The notes under the pieces: model-generated
The model's input: only the letters and a program-made list of their open reading frames with translations
Told to the model about the DNA's origin: nothing
Database searches by the model: none
Position numbers and translations under genes: made by a program
Source of the DNA: Mobula hypostoma
Taxonomy: Eukaryota
NCBI RefSeq assembly: GCF_963921235.1
Contig: NC_086108.1
Span: forward strand, 116,066,001 to 116,130,000
DNA: 64,000 nucleotides
Direction: 5' to 3'
Shown here: one piece after another, positions 31,951 through 45,100 of the stretch
Layout: the number at the start of each line of letters is the position of its first letter
How positions within the stretch are numbered: position 1 is the stretch's first letter

Positions 31951-33177
31951 GGCGGGTGGAAATTGTGTACGAAAGGATTGATTTGCGTGTATATTCTAAA
32001 GGGATTGTCAGTGTATATGGGGTTTGTATACTTTCTGTATTATGTTGACATTGTATTGGAAGGCGTTGTATATTCTGCGGTTGCTAAGCATGTTATATCA
32101 GTATTGTATACATTCTGCAGGTATGCGCTTTGTCAGAACCTTGTCTACAGTCTATAACGGGTGGACACTGAATGAGAGCTCTGCATGCTTTATCCGACAT
32201 GGACAGTGTTTGTAGAGGTTCTGTTCGTTCTGTAGGGGTTGACGTTGAAGGTGAGGGTTGTATCCATTCAACTGGGCCGTGGCGGTGTGTCAATTCTTCA
32301 GGGATGGATATTGTCTCCAAGGTCCGTGTGAGTTCCAGGACGCCTCCGGGACCATCCCCCTTTCCAAAGCCCCGTCCCCAATATTCCCAAAGCCTATCCA
32401 CAACATCCCTGGAGTCCAACCGACTGTCCCAGGAGAAACCGCGGGACCGCCGCCCATCGCCACGTCCGGCCCGGCCAGGCCAGGCCCTACTACAACCCAC
32501 TACACTTCCCGTGCTGTTCCAATGCAGGAAACAGATCGAGTGGCTCCCCCGTCACTCAGTCCCTCGCCGCCCGAGCCCGGGACCATCCAAGTCGCGCAGG
32601 AACTCCCTTTCTTCACGGTTAACTGAGAAATAATCCCGGGCTGCCGGCACCTTCTCTGACAAATCAAGCCAGCGAGGAAGGGGAAGAGTTTTTGATGAAT
32701 CAGGCATTCAGAAGTTGTCCTGCTCCCCGCCGTGTGTTTAATATTCCTGTTTGATAGCAGATTAACTCGACGACATTTCATTGAAAGTCCAAGTCATCCG
32801 TTTCCAAAGCGAAGGTTCAGATCAGCTGCCGAGGCAGAGTGCGCGACGGGCAGCTCCGGGCTATGAAGAACGGGGAAGCCCGCTCCCCGTCCCGTTGAAT
32901 CCGACCGGGCGGCGGCTTACCAACACACTCAGTCCCAAAAGTCGGGTCGCTGGCCCGGGGAAGGGAAGATCACAGGAAGGGGACGTCCGATTACGCATCT
33001 CAACGATCTGCGCCCCTCCCATGCCCATCTCCGAGAATCGTACACCCTCACCCTCCAACGTGAGGGAGGGCGAGGTGTGTGTGGAGGAGGGGGACGGACG
33101 CAGTCTGCAAGAGGGAAACGCATCAGGGATGGGGATAAGGGGTGTTGAGCTTATCGGCAACTAACCCCTGACCATGA

Positions 33178-36100
33178 TGTGTGTAGGAGAGAGAGGATGA
33201 GTGTGTGGGGTGTGTATGAGAGAGACGAGTCTGTGGGGTGTGTACGAGAGAGAGGGTGAGTGTGCATGGTGTGTATGAGAGAGCGGGTGAGTGTGCGGGG
33301 TGTGTACGAGAGAGAGGGTGAATCTGTGGGGTGTGTACGAGAGAGAGGGTGTGTGTGTGCGGTGTGTACGAGAGAGGGTGAATGTGTGGAGTGTGCACGA
33401 GAGAGATGGTGAGTGTGTGGGGTATATCAGAGAGAGGGTGAGTGTGTGGGGTGTGTACGAGAGAGGGTTAGTGTGTGGGGTGTGTACGAGAGAGAGGGTG
33501 AGTGTGGGGTGTGTACGAGAGAGAGGATGAGTGTGTGGGGTGTGCACGAGAGAGACGGTGAGTGAGTGGGAGTGAATGAGAGAGAGGGTGGGTATGTGGG
33601 GTTTGTACGAGAGTGGGTGAGTGTGCGGTGTCTGTACGAGAGAGAGGGTGAGTGTGGGGTGTGTACGAGAGAGAGGATGAGTGTGTGGGGTGTGCACGAG
33701 AGAGAGGGTGAGTGTGTGGGAGTGAATGAGAGAGAGGGTGGGTGTGTGGGGTTTGTACGAGAGCGGGTGAGTGTGCGGTGTCTGTACGAGAGAGAGGGTG
33801 AGTGTGTGTGGTGTGTAAGAGAGAGAGTGTGACTGTGTGTGGTGTGTACAAGAGAGTGGATGAGTGTGTGGGGTGTGTACAAGAGTGAGTGTTAGTGTGT
33901 GGGGTGTGTACGAGAGTGTGTGTGTGTGGGGTGTGTATGGGAGAGAGTGTGAGTGTGTGGGATGCAGATGAGAAAGAGAGTGAGTGTGTTGGGTGTGTAT
34001 TAGAGAGCGGGTGAGTGTGCATGGTGTGTTTGAGAGAGAGTGTGAGTGTGTGGGGTGTGTATGGATGATTAGGTGAGTATGTGTTAGTGTATGAGAGAGA
34101 GGGTGAGTGTGTGTGGGGTGTATGAGAGAGAGGGTGAGTGTGAGGAGTGTGTATGAGAGATAAGGTGAGTTTGTACGCTGTGTAAGAGAGAGAGGGTGAG
34201 TGTGTGTGCTGTGCAAGAGAGAGAGGGTGAGGATGAGAAAAAGGGTGAGTGTGTGGGGTGTGTACAAGAGAGAAGGTGAGTGTGTGAGTGTGTACGTGAG
34301 AGAGGGTGCATGAGCGGGGTGTGTACGAGAGACAGGGTGAATGAGCGGGGTGTGTACGAGAGAGAGGGTGAGTGTGCGGTGTGTGCACGTGAGACAGGGT
34401 GAGTGTGCGGGGTGCTTACGAGAGAGGGTGAGTGTGGTGTGTACGAGAGTGAGTGTGCGTGCTGTGTCAGAGAGAGAGGATGAGTTTGTGGGTGTGTATG
34501 AGCGAGTGGGTAAGTATCTGGGCAGTCTACCAGAGAGAGGGTGAGTGTGTGGGGTGTGTACGAGTGTGAGTGTGTGGGGTGTGTATTACAGTGAGTGTGT
34601 GTGTGTGGGATCTGTACGAGAGTGAGTGTGTGTGTGTGGGGGGTGTGTATGACAGAGTGTGTGTGTGCGATGCGGACGAGAAAGAGTGTGAGTGTTTTGG
34701 GTGTGTATGAGAGAGCGGGTGAGTGTGCGTGTTGTGTTTGAGAGAGAGGATGAGTGTGTCTGGTGTGTATCAGCCAGAGGGTGAGTGTGTGTGGTTTGTA
34801 CGAGAGAGAGTGTGACTGTGTGTGGTGTGTACAAGAGAGTGGATGAGTGTGTGCGATGTGTAAGAGAGAGAGCGTGAATGTGTGGGGTGTGCACGAGAGA
34901 GAGGGTGAGTGTGTGGGAGTGAATGAGAGAGAGGGTGGGTGTATGGGGTTTGTACGAGAGTGGGTGAGTGTGCGGTGTCTGTACGAGAGAGAGGGTGTGT
35001 GTGTGCGCTGTGTACGAGAGAGAATGTGACTGTGTGGGTAGAGTATGAGAGAGCGGATGAGTGTGTGTGCTGTGTTTGAGAGAGAGGATGAGTGTGTGAG
35101 TTGTGTATGAGAGAGAGGCTGAGTGTGTGGGCTGTGTACGAGAGAGAGGGTGAGTGTTGACGAGAGAGAGGGTGAGTATGTGGGGTGCGGATGAGAAAGA
35201 GGGTGAGTGTGTGCGGTGTGTACGAGAGAGAATGTGAGTGTGTGTGGTGTGTGCAAGAGAGTGGATGAGTGTGTGGGGTGTGTATGAGAGAGAGGGTGAG
35301 TGTGTGGGCTGTGTACTAGAGAGAGGTTGAGTGTGTTTTCTGTGTATCAGAGAGAGGTTGAGTGTGTTTTCTGTGCATCAGAGAGAGGATGAGTGTGTCG
35401 GGTGTGTATCAACCAGAGGGTGAGTGTGTGGGGTGTGTACGAGAGAGAGTGTGAGTGTGTGTGTGGTGTGTACAAGAGAGTGGATGAGTGTGTGCGGTGT
35501 GTACGAGAGAGAGGGTAAGTGTGCGGTGTGTGTATGAGAGAGAGGGTGAGTGTGCGTGCTGTGTCAGAGAGAGAGGATGAGTTTGTGGGTGTGTATGAGC
35601 GAGTGGGTAAGTATCTGGGCAGTCTACCAGAGAGGTGAGTGTGTGGGATCTGTACGAGAGTGAGAGTGTGTGTGTGTGGGGTGTGTATGACGGAGTGTGT
35701 GTGTGCGATGCGAACGAGAAAGAGTGCGAGTGTTTTGGGTGTGTATGAGAGAGCGGGTGAGTGTGCGTGTTGTGTTTGAGAAAGAGGGTGAGTGTGTGGG
35801 GTGTGCACGAGAGAGAGGGTGAGTGTGTGGGAGTGAATGAGAGAGAGGGTGGGTGTGTGGGGTTTGTACGAGAGCAGGTGAGTGTGCGGTGTCTGTACGA
35901 GAGAGAGGGTGAGTGTGTGCGCTGTGTACGAGAGAGAGTGTGACTGTGTGGGTAGAGTATGAGAGAGCGGGTGAGTGTGTGTGCTGTGTTTGAGAGAGAA
36001 GGTGGGTGTGCGTGTTGTGTAAGAGAGAGAGGGTGAGTGTGTGGGCTGTGTACGAGAGAGAGGGTGAGTGTGTACGAGAGAGAGAGGGTGAGTATGTGGG

Positions 36101-39100
36101 GTGCAGACGAGAAAGGGTGAGTGTGTGCGGTGTGTACGAGAGAGAGTGTAAGTGTGTGTGGTGTGTGCAAGAGAGTGGATGAGTGTGTTCGGTGTGTACG
36201 AGAGAAAGGATGAGTGTGTGGTGTGTACGAGAGAGAGGGTGAGTGTGTGGGGTGTGTATGAGAGAGAGGGTGAGTGTGTAGGGTGTGTATGAGAGAGGGT
36301 GAGTATGTGGGCAGTGTACTAGAGAGAGGGTGAGTATGTAGGGTGTGTACGAGAGTGAGGATGACTGTTGCGGTGTGTAAGAGAGAGAGTGTGAGTGTGT
36401 GTGGTGTGTACAAGAGAGTGGATGAGTGTGTTCGGTGTGTACGAGAGAGAGTGTTAGTGTGTGGGGCGTGTACGAGAGTGAGTGTGTGTGTGTGGGGTGT
36501 GTATGAGAGAGAGGGTGAGTGTGTGTGCTGTGTCAGAGAGAGAGGGTGAGTGTGTGGGTGTGTATGAACGAGAGGGTGAGTATGTGGGCAGTGTACCAGA
36601 GAGAGGGTGAGTGTGTAGGGTGTGTACGAGAGTGAGGATGAGTGTGTGGGGTGTGTACGAGAGTGAGTGTGAGTGTGTGGGGTGTGTATGAGAGTGAGTG
36701 AGTGTGTGGGATGTGTACGAGAGTGAGTGTGTGTGTGTGGGGTGTGTATGAGAGAGAGAGTGAGTGTGTGGGATGCGGACGAGAAACAGTGTGAGTGTTT
36801 TGGGTGTGTATGAGAGAACGGGTGAGTGTGCGTGTTGTGTTTGAGAGAGAGGGTGAGTGTGTGGGGTGTGTATGAGAGAGAGGGTGAGTGCGTAGGGTGG
36901 GGATGAGAAAAAGGGTGAGTGTGTGGGGTGTGTACGAGAGAGAGGGTGAGTGTGTGGGGTTTGTACGAGAGAGGGTGAGTGTGTGAGATGTGTATGAGAG
37001 AGAGGGTGAGTGTGTACGTTGTGTTTGAGAGAGAGGGTGAGTGTGTGGGCTGTGTACTACAGAGAGATTGAGTGTGTTGTGTCTGTATCATAGAGAGGAT
37101 GAGTGTGTCTGGTGTGTATCATCCAGAGTGTGAGTGTGTGTGGTATGTACGAGAGAGAGTGTGACTGTGTGTGGTGTGTACAAGAGAGTGGATGAGCGTG
37201 TGCGGTGTGTAAAAGAGAGAGAGAGTGAGTGTGTGAGTGTACGAGAGAGAGGGTGAGTGAGCGGGGTGTGTACGAGCGAGAGGGTGAGTGTGCGGGGTGC
37301 TTACGAGAGAGGGTGAGTGTGCGATGTGTGTATGAGAGAGAGGGTGAGTGTGTGTGCGATGTGTGTATGAGCGAGAGGGTGAGTATGTGGGCAGTGTACC
37401 AGAGAGAGGGTGAGTGTGTAGGGTATGTACGAGAGTGAGGATGAGTGTGTGGGGTGCCTATGAGAGTGAGTGTGTGTGTGTGGGATGTGTACGAGAGTGA
37501 GTGTGCATGTGTGGTGTGTGTATGAGATAGAGTGGGAGTGTGTGGGATGCGGACAAGAAAGAGTGTGAGTGTTTTGTGTGTGTATGAGAGAGCGGGTGAG
37601 TGTGCGTGGTGTGTTTGAGAGAGAGGGTGAGTGTGTTGTCTCTGTATCAGAGAGAGGATGAGTGTGTCCGGTGCATATCAGCCAGAGGGTGAGTGTGTGG
37701 TGTGTTTACAAGAGAGAGGGTGAGTGTGTGGGGTGTGTACGAGAGAGAGGATGAGTGTGTGGGGTGTGTTCGAGGTGGAGGATGAGTGTGTGGGGTGTGT
37801 ACGAGAGAGGGTGAGTGTGTGGTGTGTGCACGAGAGAGAGGGTGAGTGTGTGGGGTTTGTACCAGAGCGGGTGAGTGTGCAGTGTCTGTACGAGAGAGAG
37901 GGTGAGTGTGTGGGGTGTGTACAAGAGTGAGTGTTAGTGTGTGGGGTGTGTACGAGAGTGAGTGTGTGTGTGTGGGGTGTGTATGAGAGAGAGGGTGATT
38001 GTGTGTGCGGTGTATCAGAGAGAAGGTGACTGTGTACTGTGTCAGAGAGAGAGTGTGAGTATGTGGGCAGTCTACCAGAGAGAGGGTGAGTGTGTAGGGT
38101 GTGTACGAGAGTGAGGATGAGTGTGTGGGGTGTGTACGAGTGTGAGTGTGTGGGGTATGTACTAGAGTGAGTGTGTGTGTGTGTGTGGGATGTGTACGAG
38201 AGTGAGTGTGTGGGGTGTGTATGAGAGAGAGAGTGAGTGTGTGGGATGCTGACGAGAAACAGTGTGAGTGTTTTGGGTGTGCATGAGAGAGCAGGTGAGT
38301 GTGCGTGTTGTGTTTGAGAGAGAGGGTGAGTGTGTGGGGTGTGTACGAGAGAGAGGATGAGTGTGTGGGGTGTGAGAGAGGGTGAGTGTGTGAGTGTGTA
38401 CGAGAGAGGGTGAATGAGCGGGGTGTGTACGAGAGAGAGGGTGAGTGTGCGGTGTGTGCACGTGAGAGATGGTGAGTGTGCAGGGTGCTTACGAGAGAGG
38501 GTGAGTGTGCGGGGTGTGTACGAGAGTGAGTGTGTGTGGTGTGTACGAGAGTGAGTGTGTGTGTGTGGTGTGTGTATGAGAGAGATGGTGAGTGTGTGGG
38601 CTGCGGATGAGAAAGAGTGTGAGTGTGTTGGGTGTGTATGAGAGAGCGGATGAGTGTGCGTCGTGTGTTAGAGAGAGAGGGTGAGTGTGTGGGCTGTGTA
38701 CTAGAGAGAGGATGCGTGTGTTGGGTGTGTCTCCGAGAGAGGGTGAGTGTGTGGTGTGTGTTTGAGAGAGAGGGTGAGTGTGCGGGGTGTTTACGAGAGA
38801 GAGGGTGAGTGTGCTGTGTGTGTATGAGAGAGAGGCTGAGTGTGTGGGGTTTGTACGAGAGAGGGTGAGTGTGTGGGGTGTGTACGAGAGAGAGGGTGAG
38901 CGTGCGTGGTGTGTATCAGAGAGAGGGTGAGTGTGTGAGATGTGTATGAGAGAGAGGGTGAGTGTGTACGTTGTGTTTGAGAGAGAGGGTGAGTGTGTTG
39001 TGTCTGTATCATAGAGAGGATGAGTGTGTCTGGTGTGTATCAGCCAGAGGGTGAGTGTGTGTGGTGTGTACGAGAGAGAGGGTGAGTGTGCGGTGTGTGT

Positions 39101-42100
39101 ATGAGAGCGAGGGTGAGCATGTGTAGTTTGTACTGGAGAGGGTGAGTGTGTGGGGTGTGTGTGAGGGAGAGGGTGAGTGTGAGAGCGAGGGTGAGTGTGT
39201 GGGGTGTGTACGAGAGACTGGGTGCGTGTGTGAGGTGTGTACGAGAGAGAGGGTGAGTGTGTGGGTAGAGTATGAGAGAGCGGGTGATTGTGTGCGTTTT
39301 GTACGAGAGAGAGTGTGACTGTGTGTGGTGTGTACAAGAGAGTGGATGAGTGTGTGGGGTGTGTACGAGAGTGAGTGTGAGTGTGTGTGTGTGTACAAGA
39401 GAGAGGGTGAGTGAGCGGGGTGTGTACGAGAGACAGGGTGAGTGTGCGGTGTGTGCACGTGAGAGAGGGAGAGTGTGCAGTGTGTGTATGAGAGAGGGTG
39501 TGTGTGTGTGCAGTGTGTACGAGAGAGAGTGTGAGTGTGTGTGGTGTGTACAAGAGAGTGGATGAGAGTGTGCAGTGTGTACAAGACAGTGAGAGAGTGT
39601 GCGATGTGTGTATGAGAGAGAGGGTGAGTGTGTGTGCGGTGTATCAGAGAGAGGGTGAGTGTGCGTGCTGTGTCAGAGAGAGAGGGTGAGTGTGTAGGGT
39701 GTGTATGAGAGTGATGATGAGTGTGTGGGGTGTGTACGAGTGTGAGTGTGTGGGGTGTGTACTACAGTGAGTGTGTGTGTGTGGGATCTGTAGAAGAGTG
39801 AGTGTGTGTGTGTGGGGTGTGTATGAGAGACAGAGTGTGTGTGTGGGATGCGGACGAGAAAGAGTGTGAGTGTCTTGGGTGTGTATAAGAGAGCGGGTGA
39901 GTGTGCGTGTTGTGTTTGAGAGAGAGGGTGAGTGTGTGGGGTGTGTATGAGAGAGAGTGTGACTGTGTGTGGTGTGTATAAGAGAGTGGATGTGTGTGTG
40001 CGGTGTGTAGGAGAGAGAGGGTGAATGTGTGGGGAGTGCACGAGAGAGAGGGTGAGTGTGTGGGAGTGAATGAGAGAGAGGGTGGGTGTGTGGGGTTTGT
40101 ACGAGAGCGGGTGAGTGTGCGGTGTCTGTACGAGAGAGAGGATGAGTGTGTGCGCTGTGTACGAGAGAGAGTGTGACTGTGTGGGTAGAGTATGAGAGAG
40201 CGGGTGAGTGTGTGTGCTGTGTTTGAGAGAGAGGATGAGTGTGTGAGTTGTGTATGAGAGAGAGGCTGAGTGTGTGGGCTGTGTACGAGAGAGAGGGTGA
40301 GTATGTGGGGTGTGTACGAGAGAGAGGGTGAGTGTGTGGGGTGTGTACGAGAGAGAGTGTGAGTGTGTGTGGTGTGTACAAGAGAGTGGATGAGTGTGTG
40401 CGGTGTGTACGAGAGAGAGGGTGAGTGTGCGGTGTGTGTATGAGAGAGAGGGTGAGTGTGTGTGCGGTGTATGAGAGAAGGTGAATGTGTGTGCTGTGTC
40501 AGAGAGAGAGAGAGGGTGAGTGTATGGGTGTGTACGAGAGTGAGGATGAGTGTGTGCGGTGTATACGAGAGTGAGTGTGAGTGTGTGGGCGGTGTACTAG
40601 AGAGAGGGTGAGTGCGTTGTGTCTGTATCAGAGAGAGGATGAGTGTGTCCGGTGTGTACGAGAGAGATTGTGACTGTGTGGGGTGTGTACGAGAGAGAGG
40701 GTGAGTGTGCGGTGTGTGTATGAGAGAGAGGGTGAGTGTGTGGGATTTGTACGGGAGAGGGTGAGTGTGTGGGGTGTGTACGAGAGACTGGGTGCGTGTG
40801 TGAGGTGTGTACGAGAGAGAGGGTGAGTGTGTGTGCGGTGTATCAGAGAGAGGGTGAGTGTGCGTGCTGTGTCAGAGTGAGAGGGTAAGTGTGTGGGTGT
40901 GTATGAGCGAGAGGGTGAGTATGTGGACAGTCTACCAGAGAGAGGGTGAGTGTGTGGGTTGCCTATGAGAGTGAGTGTGAGTGTGTGGGATGCGGACGAG
41001 AAAGAGTGTGAGTGTGTAGGGTGTGTATGAGAGAGCGGGTGAGTGTGTGTGCTGTGTTTGAGAGAGAGGGTGAGTGTGTTGTGTCTGTATCAGAGAGAGG
41101 ATGAGTGTGTCTGGTGTGTATCAGCCAGAGGGTGAGTGTGTGGTGTGTTTAGAAGAGAGAGGGTGAGTGTGTGGGGTGTGTACGAGAGAGAGGATGAGTG
41201 TGTGGGGTGTGTACGAGAGAGAGGATGAGTATGTGGGCAATCTACCAGAGAGAGGGTGAGTGTGTAGGGTGTGTACGAGAGTGAGGATGAGTGTGTGGGG
41301 TGTGTACGAGAGTGAGTGTGTGCGTGTGGGGCGTGTACGAGAGTGAGTGTGTGTGGGGTGTGTACGAGAGTGAGTGTGTGTGGGGTGTGTACGAGAGTGA
41401 GTGTGTGTGTGTGGGGTGTGTATGAGAGAGAGAGTGAGTGTGTGGGATGCGGACGAGAAACAGTGTGAGTGTTTTGGGTGTGTATGAGAGAACGGGTGAG
41501 TGTGCATGGGGTGTTTGAGAGAGAGGGTGAGTGTGTGGGGTGTGTATGAGAGAGAGGGTGAGTGTGTGGGCTGTGTAAAGAGAGCGGGTGAGTGTGTTGT
41601 GTTTGTATCAGAGAGAGGATGAGTGTGTCCGGTGCGTATCAGCCAGAGGGTGAGTGTATGGTGTGTTTACAAGAGAGAGGGTGAGTGTGTGGGGTGTGTA
41701 CGAGAGAGAGGATGAGTGTGTAGGGTGTGTACGAGAGAGAGTGTGACTGTGTGCGGTGTGTACAAGAGAGTGGATGAGTGTGTGGGGTCTGTACGAGAGA
41801 GAGTGTGAGTGTGTGGGATGCGGATGAGAAAGAGAGTGAGTGTGTTGGGTGTGTATTAGAGAGTGGGTGATTGTGCGTGGTGTATTTGAGAGAGAGGGTG
41901 AGTGTGTGTGGGGTGTATGAGAGAGAGGGTGAGTGTGAGGGGTGTCTATGAGAGATAAGGTGAGTACGCTATGTAAGAGAGAGGGTGTGAGTGTGTGGGC
42001 TGTGCAAGAGAGCGAGGGTGAGTGTGTGCGGTGCGGACGAGAAAAAGGGTGAGTGTGTGGGGTGTGTACAAGAGAGAGGGTGAGTGAGTGTGTATGAGAG

Positions 42101-45100
42101 AGAGGGTGAGTGAGCGGGGTGTGTACGAGAGAGGGTGAGTGTGCGGTGTGTGCACGTGAGAGAGGGTGAGTGTGCGGGGTGCTTACGAGAGAGGGGGAGT
42201 GTGCGGTGTGTGTATGAGAGAGTGTGGGTGTGTGTGGTGTGTACAAGAGAGTGGATGAGCGTGTGCGGTGTGTACGAGAGAGAGGGTGAGTGTGTGGGAT
42301 GCGGATGAGAAAGAGAGTGAGTGTGTTGGGTGTGTATGAGAGAGCGGGTGAGTGTGCGTGTTGTGTTTGAGAGAGAGGGTGAGTGTGTGGGGTGTGTATG
42401 AGAGAGAGTGTGAGTTTGTTGTGTCTGTATCAGAGAGAGGATGAGTGTGTCCGGTGTGTATCAGCCAAAGGGTGAGTGTGTGGTGTGTGTACAAAAGAGA
42501 GGGTGAGTGTGTGGGGTGTATACGAGAGAGATGATGAGGGTGTGCGGTATGTACGAGAGAGAGGATGAGTGTGCGTGGTGTGTATCAGAGAGGGGGTGAG
42601 TGTGAGGGGTGTGAATGAGAGATAAGGTGAGTGTGTGTTAGTGTATGACAGATAGGGTGAGTGTGTGTGGGGTGTATGAGAGATAAGGTGAGTGTGTGGG
42701 CTGTGCAAGAGAGAGAGGGTGAGTGTGTGGGCTGTGTACGAGAGAGAGGATGAGTGTGTGGGGTGTGCACGAGAGAGAGGGTGAGTGTGTGGGAGTGAAT
42801 GAGAGAGAGGGTGGGTGTGTGGGGTTTGTACGAGAGCGGGTGAGTGTGCGGTGTCTGTACGAGAGAGAGGGTGAGTGTGTGTGGTGTGTAAGAGAGAGAG
42901 TGTGACTGTGTGTGGTGTGTACAAGAGTGAGTGTTAGTGTGTGGGGTGTGTACGAGAGTGAGTGTGTGTGTGGGCTGTGCAAGAGAGAGAGGGTGAGTGT
43001 GTGGGCTGTGCAAGAGAGAGAGGGTGAGTGTGTGGGCTGTGTACGAGAGAGGGGTGATTGTGTGGGCTGTGTACGAGAGAGAGGATGAGTGTGTGGGGTG
43101 TGTATGAGAGAGAGTGTGAGTGTGTGGGTGTGTACGAGAGAGAGAGTGAGTGAGCGGGGTCTGTACGAGAGAGAGGGTGAGTGTGCGGAGTGCTTACGAG
43201 AGAGGGTGAGTGTGCGGGGTGCTTACGAGAGAGGGTGAGTGTGCAGTGTGTGTACGAGCGAGAGTGTGAGTGTGTGTGGTGTGTACAAGAGAGAGGGTGA
43301 GTGTGCGATGTGTGTATGAGAGAGGGTGAGTGTGTGGGATGCAGATGAGAAAGAGAGTGAGTGTGTTGAGTGTGTATTAGAGAGTGGGTGAGTGAGCGTG
43401 GTGTGTTTGAGAGAGAGGATGAGTGTGTGCGGTGTGTACGAGAGAGAGGATGAGAGTTAGTGGTGTGTATCAGAGAGAGGGTGAGTGTGAGGGGTGTGTA
43501 TGAGAGATAAGGTGAGCGTGTGTTAGTGTATGAGAGAGAGGGTGAGTGTGTGAGTGTGTACGAGAGAGGGTGAGTGAGCGGGGTGTGTACGAGAGGGAGC
43601 GTGAGTTTGTGGTATGTGCACGTGAGAGAGGGTTAGTGTGCGGGGTGCTCTTGAGAGAAGGTGAGTGTGTGGGGTGTGTATGAGTGAGAGGGTGAGTATG
43701 TGGGCAGTCTCCCAGAGAGAGGGTGAGTGTGTGCGGTTTGTACGAGAGAGAGTGTGACTGTGTGTGATGTGTACAAGAGAGTGGATGAGTGTGTGGGGTA
43801 TGTACGAGAGTGAGTGTTAGTGTGTGGGGTGTGTACGAGAGAGAGGGTGAGTGTGTGGGATGCGGATAAGAGAGTGAGTGTGTTGGGTGTGTATGAGAGA
43901 GCGGGTGAGTGTGCGTGTTGTGTTTGAGAGAGAGGGTGAGTGTGTGGGGTGTGTATGAGAGAGAGTGTGAGTTTGTTGTGTCTGTATCAGAGAGAGGATG
44001 AGTGTGTCCGGTGTGTATCAGCCAAAGGGTGAGTGTGTGGTGTGTGTACAAGAGAGAGGGTGAGTGTGTGGGGTGTGTACGAGAGAGAGGATGAGTGTGT
44101 GCGGTGTGTACGAGAGAGAGGATGAGTGTGCGTGGTGTGTATCAGAGAGAGGGTGAGTGAGGGGTGTGTATTAGAGATAAGGTGAGTGTGTGTTAGTGTA
44201 TGACAGAGAGGGTGAGTGTGTGTGGTGTGTATGAGAGAGAGGGTGAGTGTGAGGAGTGTGTATGAGAGATAAGGTGAGTGTGTAGGCTGTGTAAGAGAGA
44301 GAGGGTGAGTGTGTGGGCTGTGCAAGAGAGAGAGGGTGAGTGTGTGGGCTGTGTACTAGAGAGAGGGTGAGTGTGTTGGGTGTGTCTCCGAGAGAGGGTG
44401 AGTGTGTGGGGTGTGTATGAGAGAGAGGGTGAGTGTGTGGGCTGTGTACCAGGAGAGGGTGAGTGTGTTGTGTCTGTATCAGAGAGAGGATGAGTGTGTG
44501 GGGTGTGTATCAGCCAGAGGGTGAGTGTGTGGTGTGTTTACAAGAGAGAGGGTGAGTGTGTGGGGTGTGTACGAGAGAGAGGATGAGTGTGTGGGGTGTG
44601 TACGAGAGAGAGGATGAGTGTGTGGGGTGTGTACGAGAGAGAGGGTGAGTGTGTGGGGTGTGTATGAGAGAGAGGGTGAGTGTGTGGGGTGTGCATGAGA
44701 GAGAGGGTGAGTGTGTGGGGAGTGAATGAGAGGGTGGATGTGTGGGGTTTGTACGAGAGCGGGTGAGTGTGCGGTGACTGTACGAGAGAGAGGGTGAGTG
44801 TGTGCCGTGTGTACGAGAGAGAGTGTGACTGTGTGGTGTGTACAAGAGAGTGGATGAGTGTGTGGGGTGTGTGCGAGAGTGAGTGTGAGTGTTTGGGGTG
44901 TGTACGAGAGAGAGGATGAGTGTGTGGGGTGTGTACGAGAGAGAGGGTGAGTGTGTGGGGTGTGTACGAGAGAGAGGGTGAGTGTGTGGGATGTGTATGA
45001 GAGAGAGGGTGAATGTGTGGGGTGTGCACGAGAGAACGTGAGTGTGCGGTGTCTGTACGAGAGAGAGGGTGAGTGTGTGCGGTGTGTACAAGAGAGAGTG

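Larger units (their letters stand above)
28280..33160. promoter_or_regulatory. CpG-rich island / probable promoter domain
   Basis: Visibly high GC and CpG density against the CpG-depleted upstream 28 kb, GC-box-like gggcgg motifs and mostly non-repeat sequence. The associated gene is not identified. Confidence 0.65.

Noticed and set aside
32172..32633. Overlapping 122-153 aa Pro/Arg/Ser-rich ORFs in the CpG island as a protein-coding exon
   Set aside because: All three plus frames and a minus frame are open over about 300 bp because of GC richness, and no domain is recognisable. Kept only as a splice/ATG candidate.
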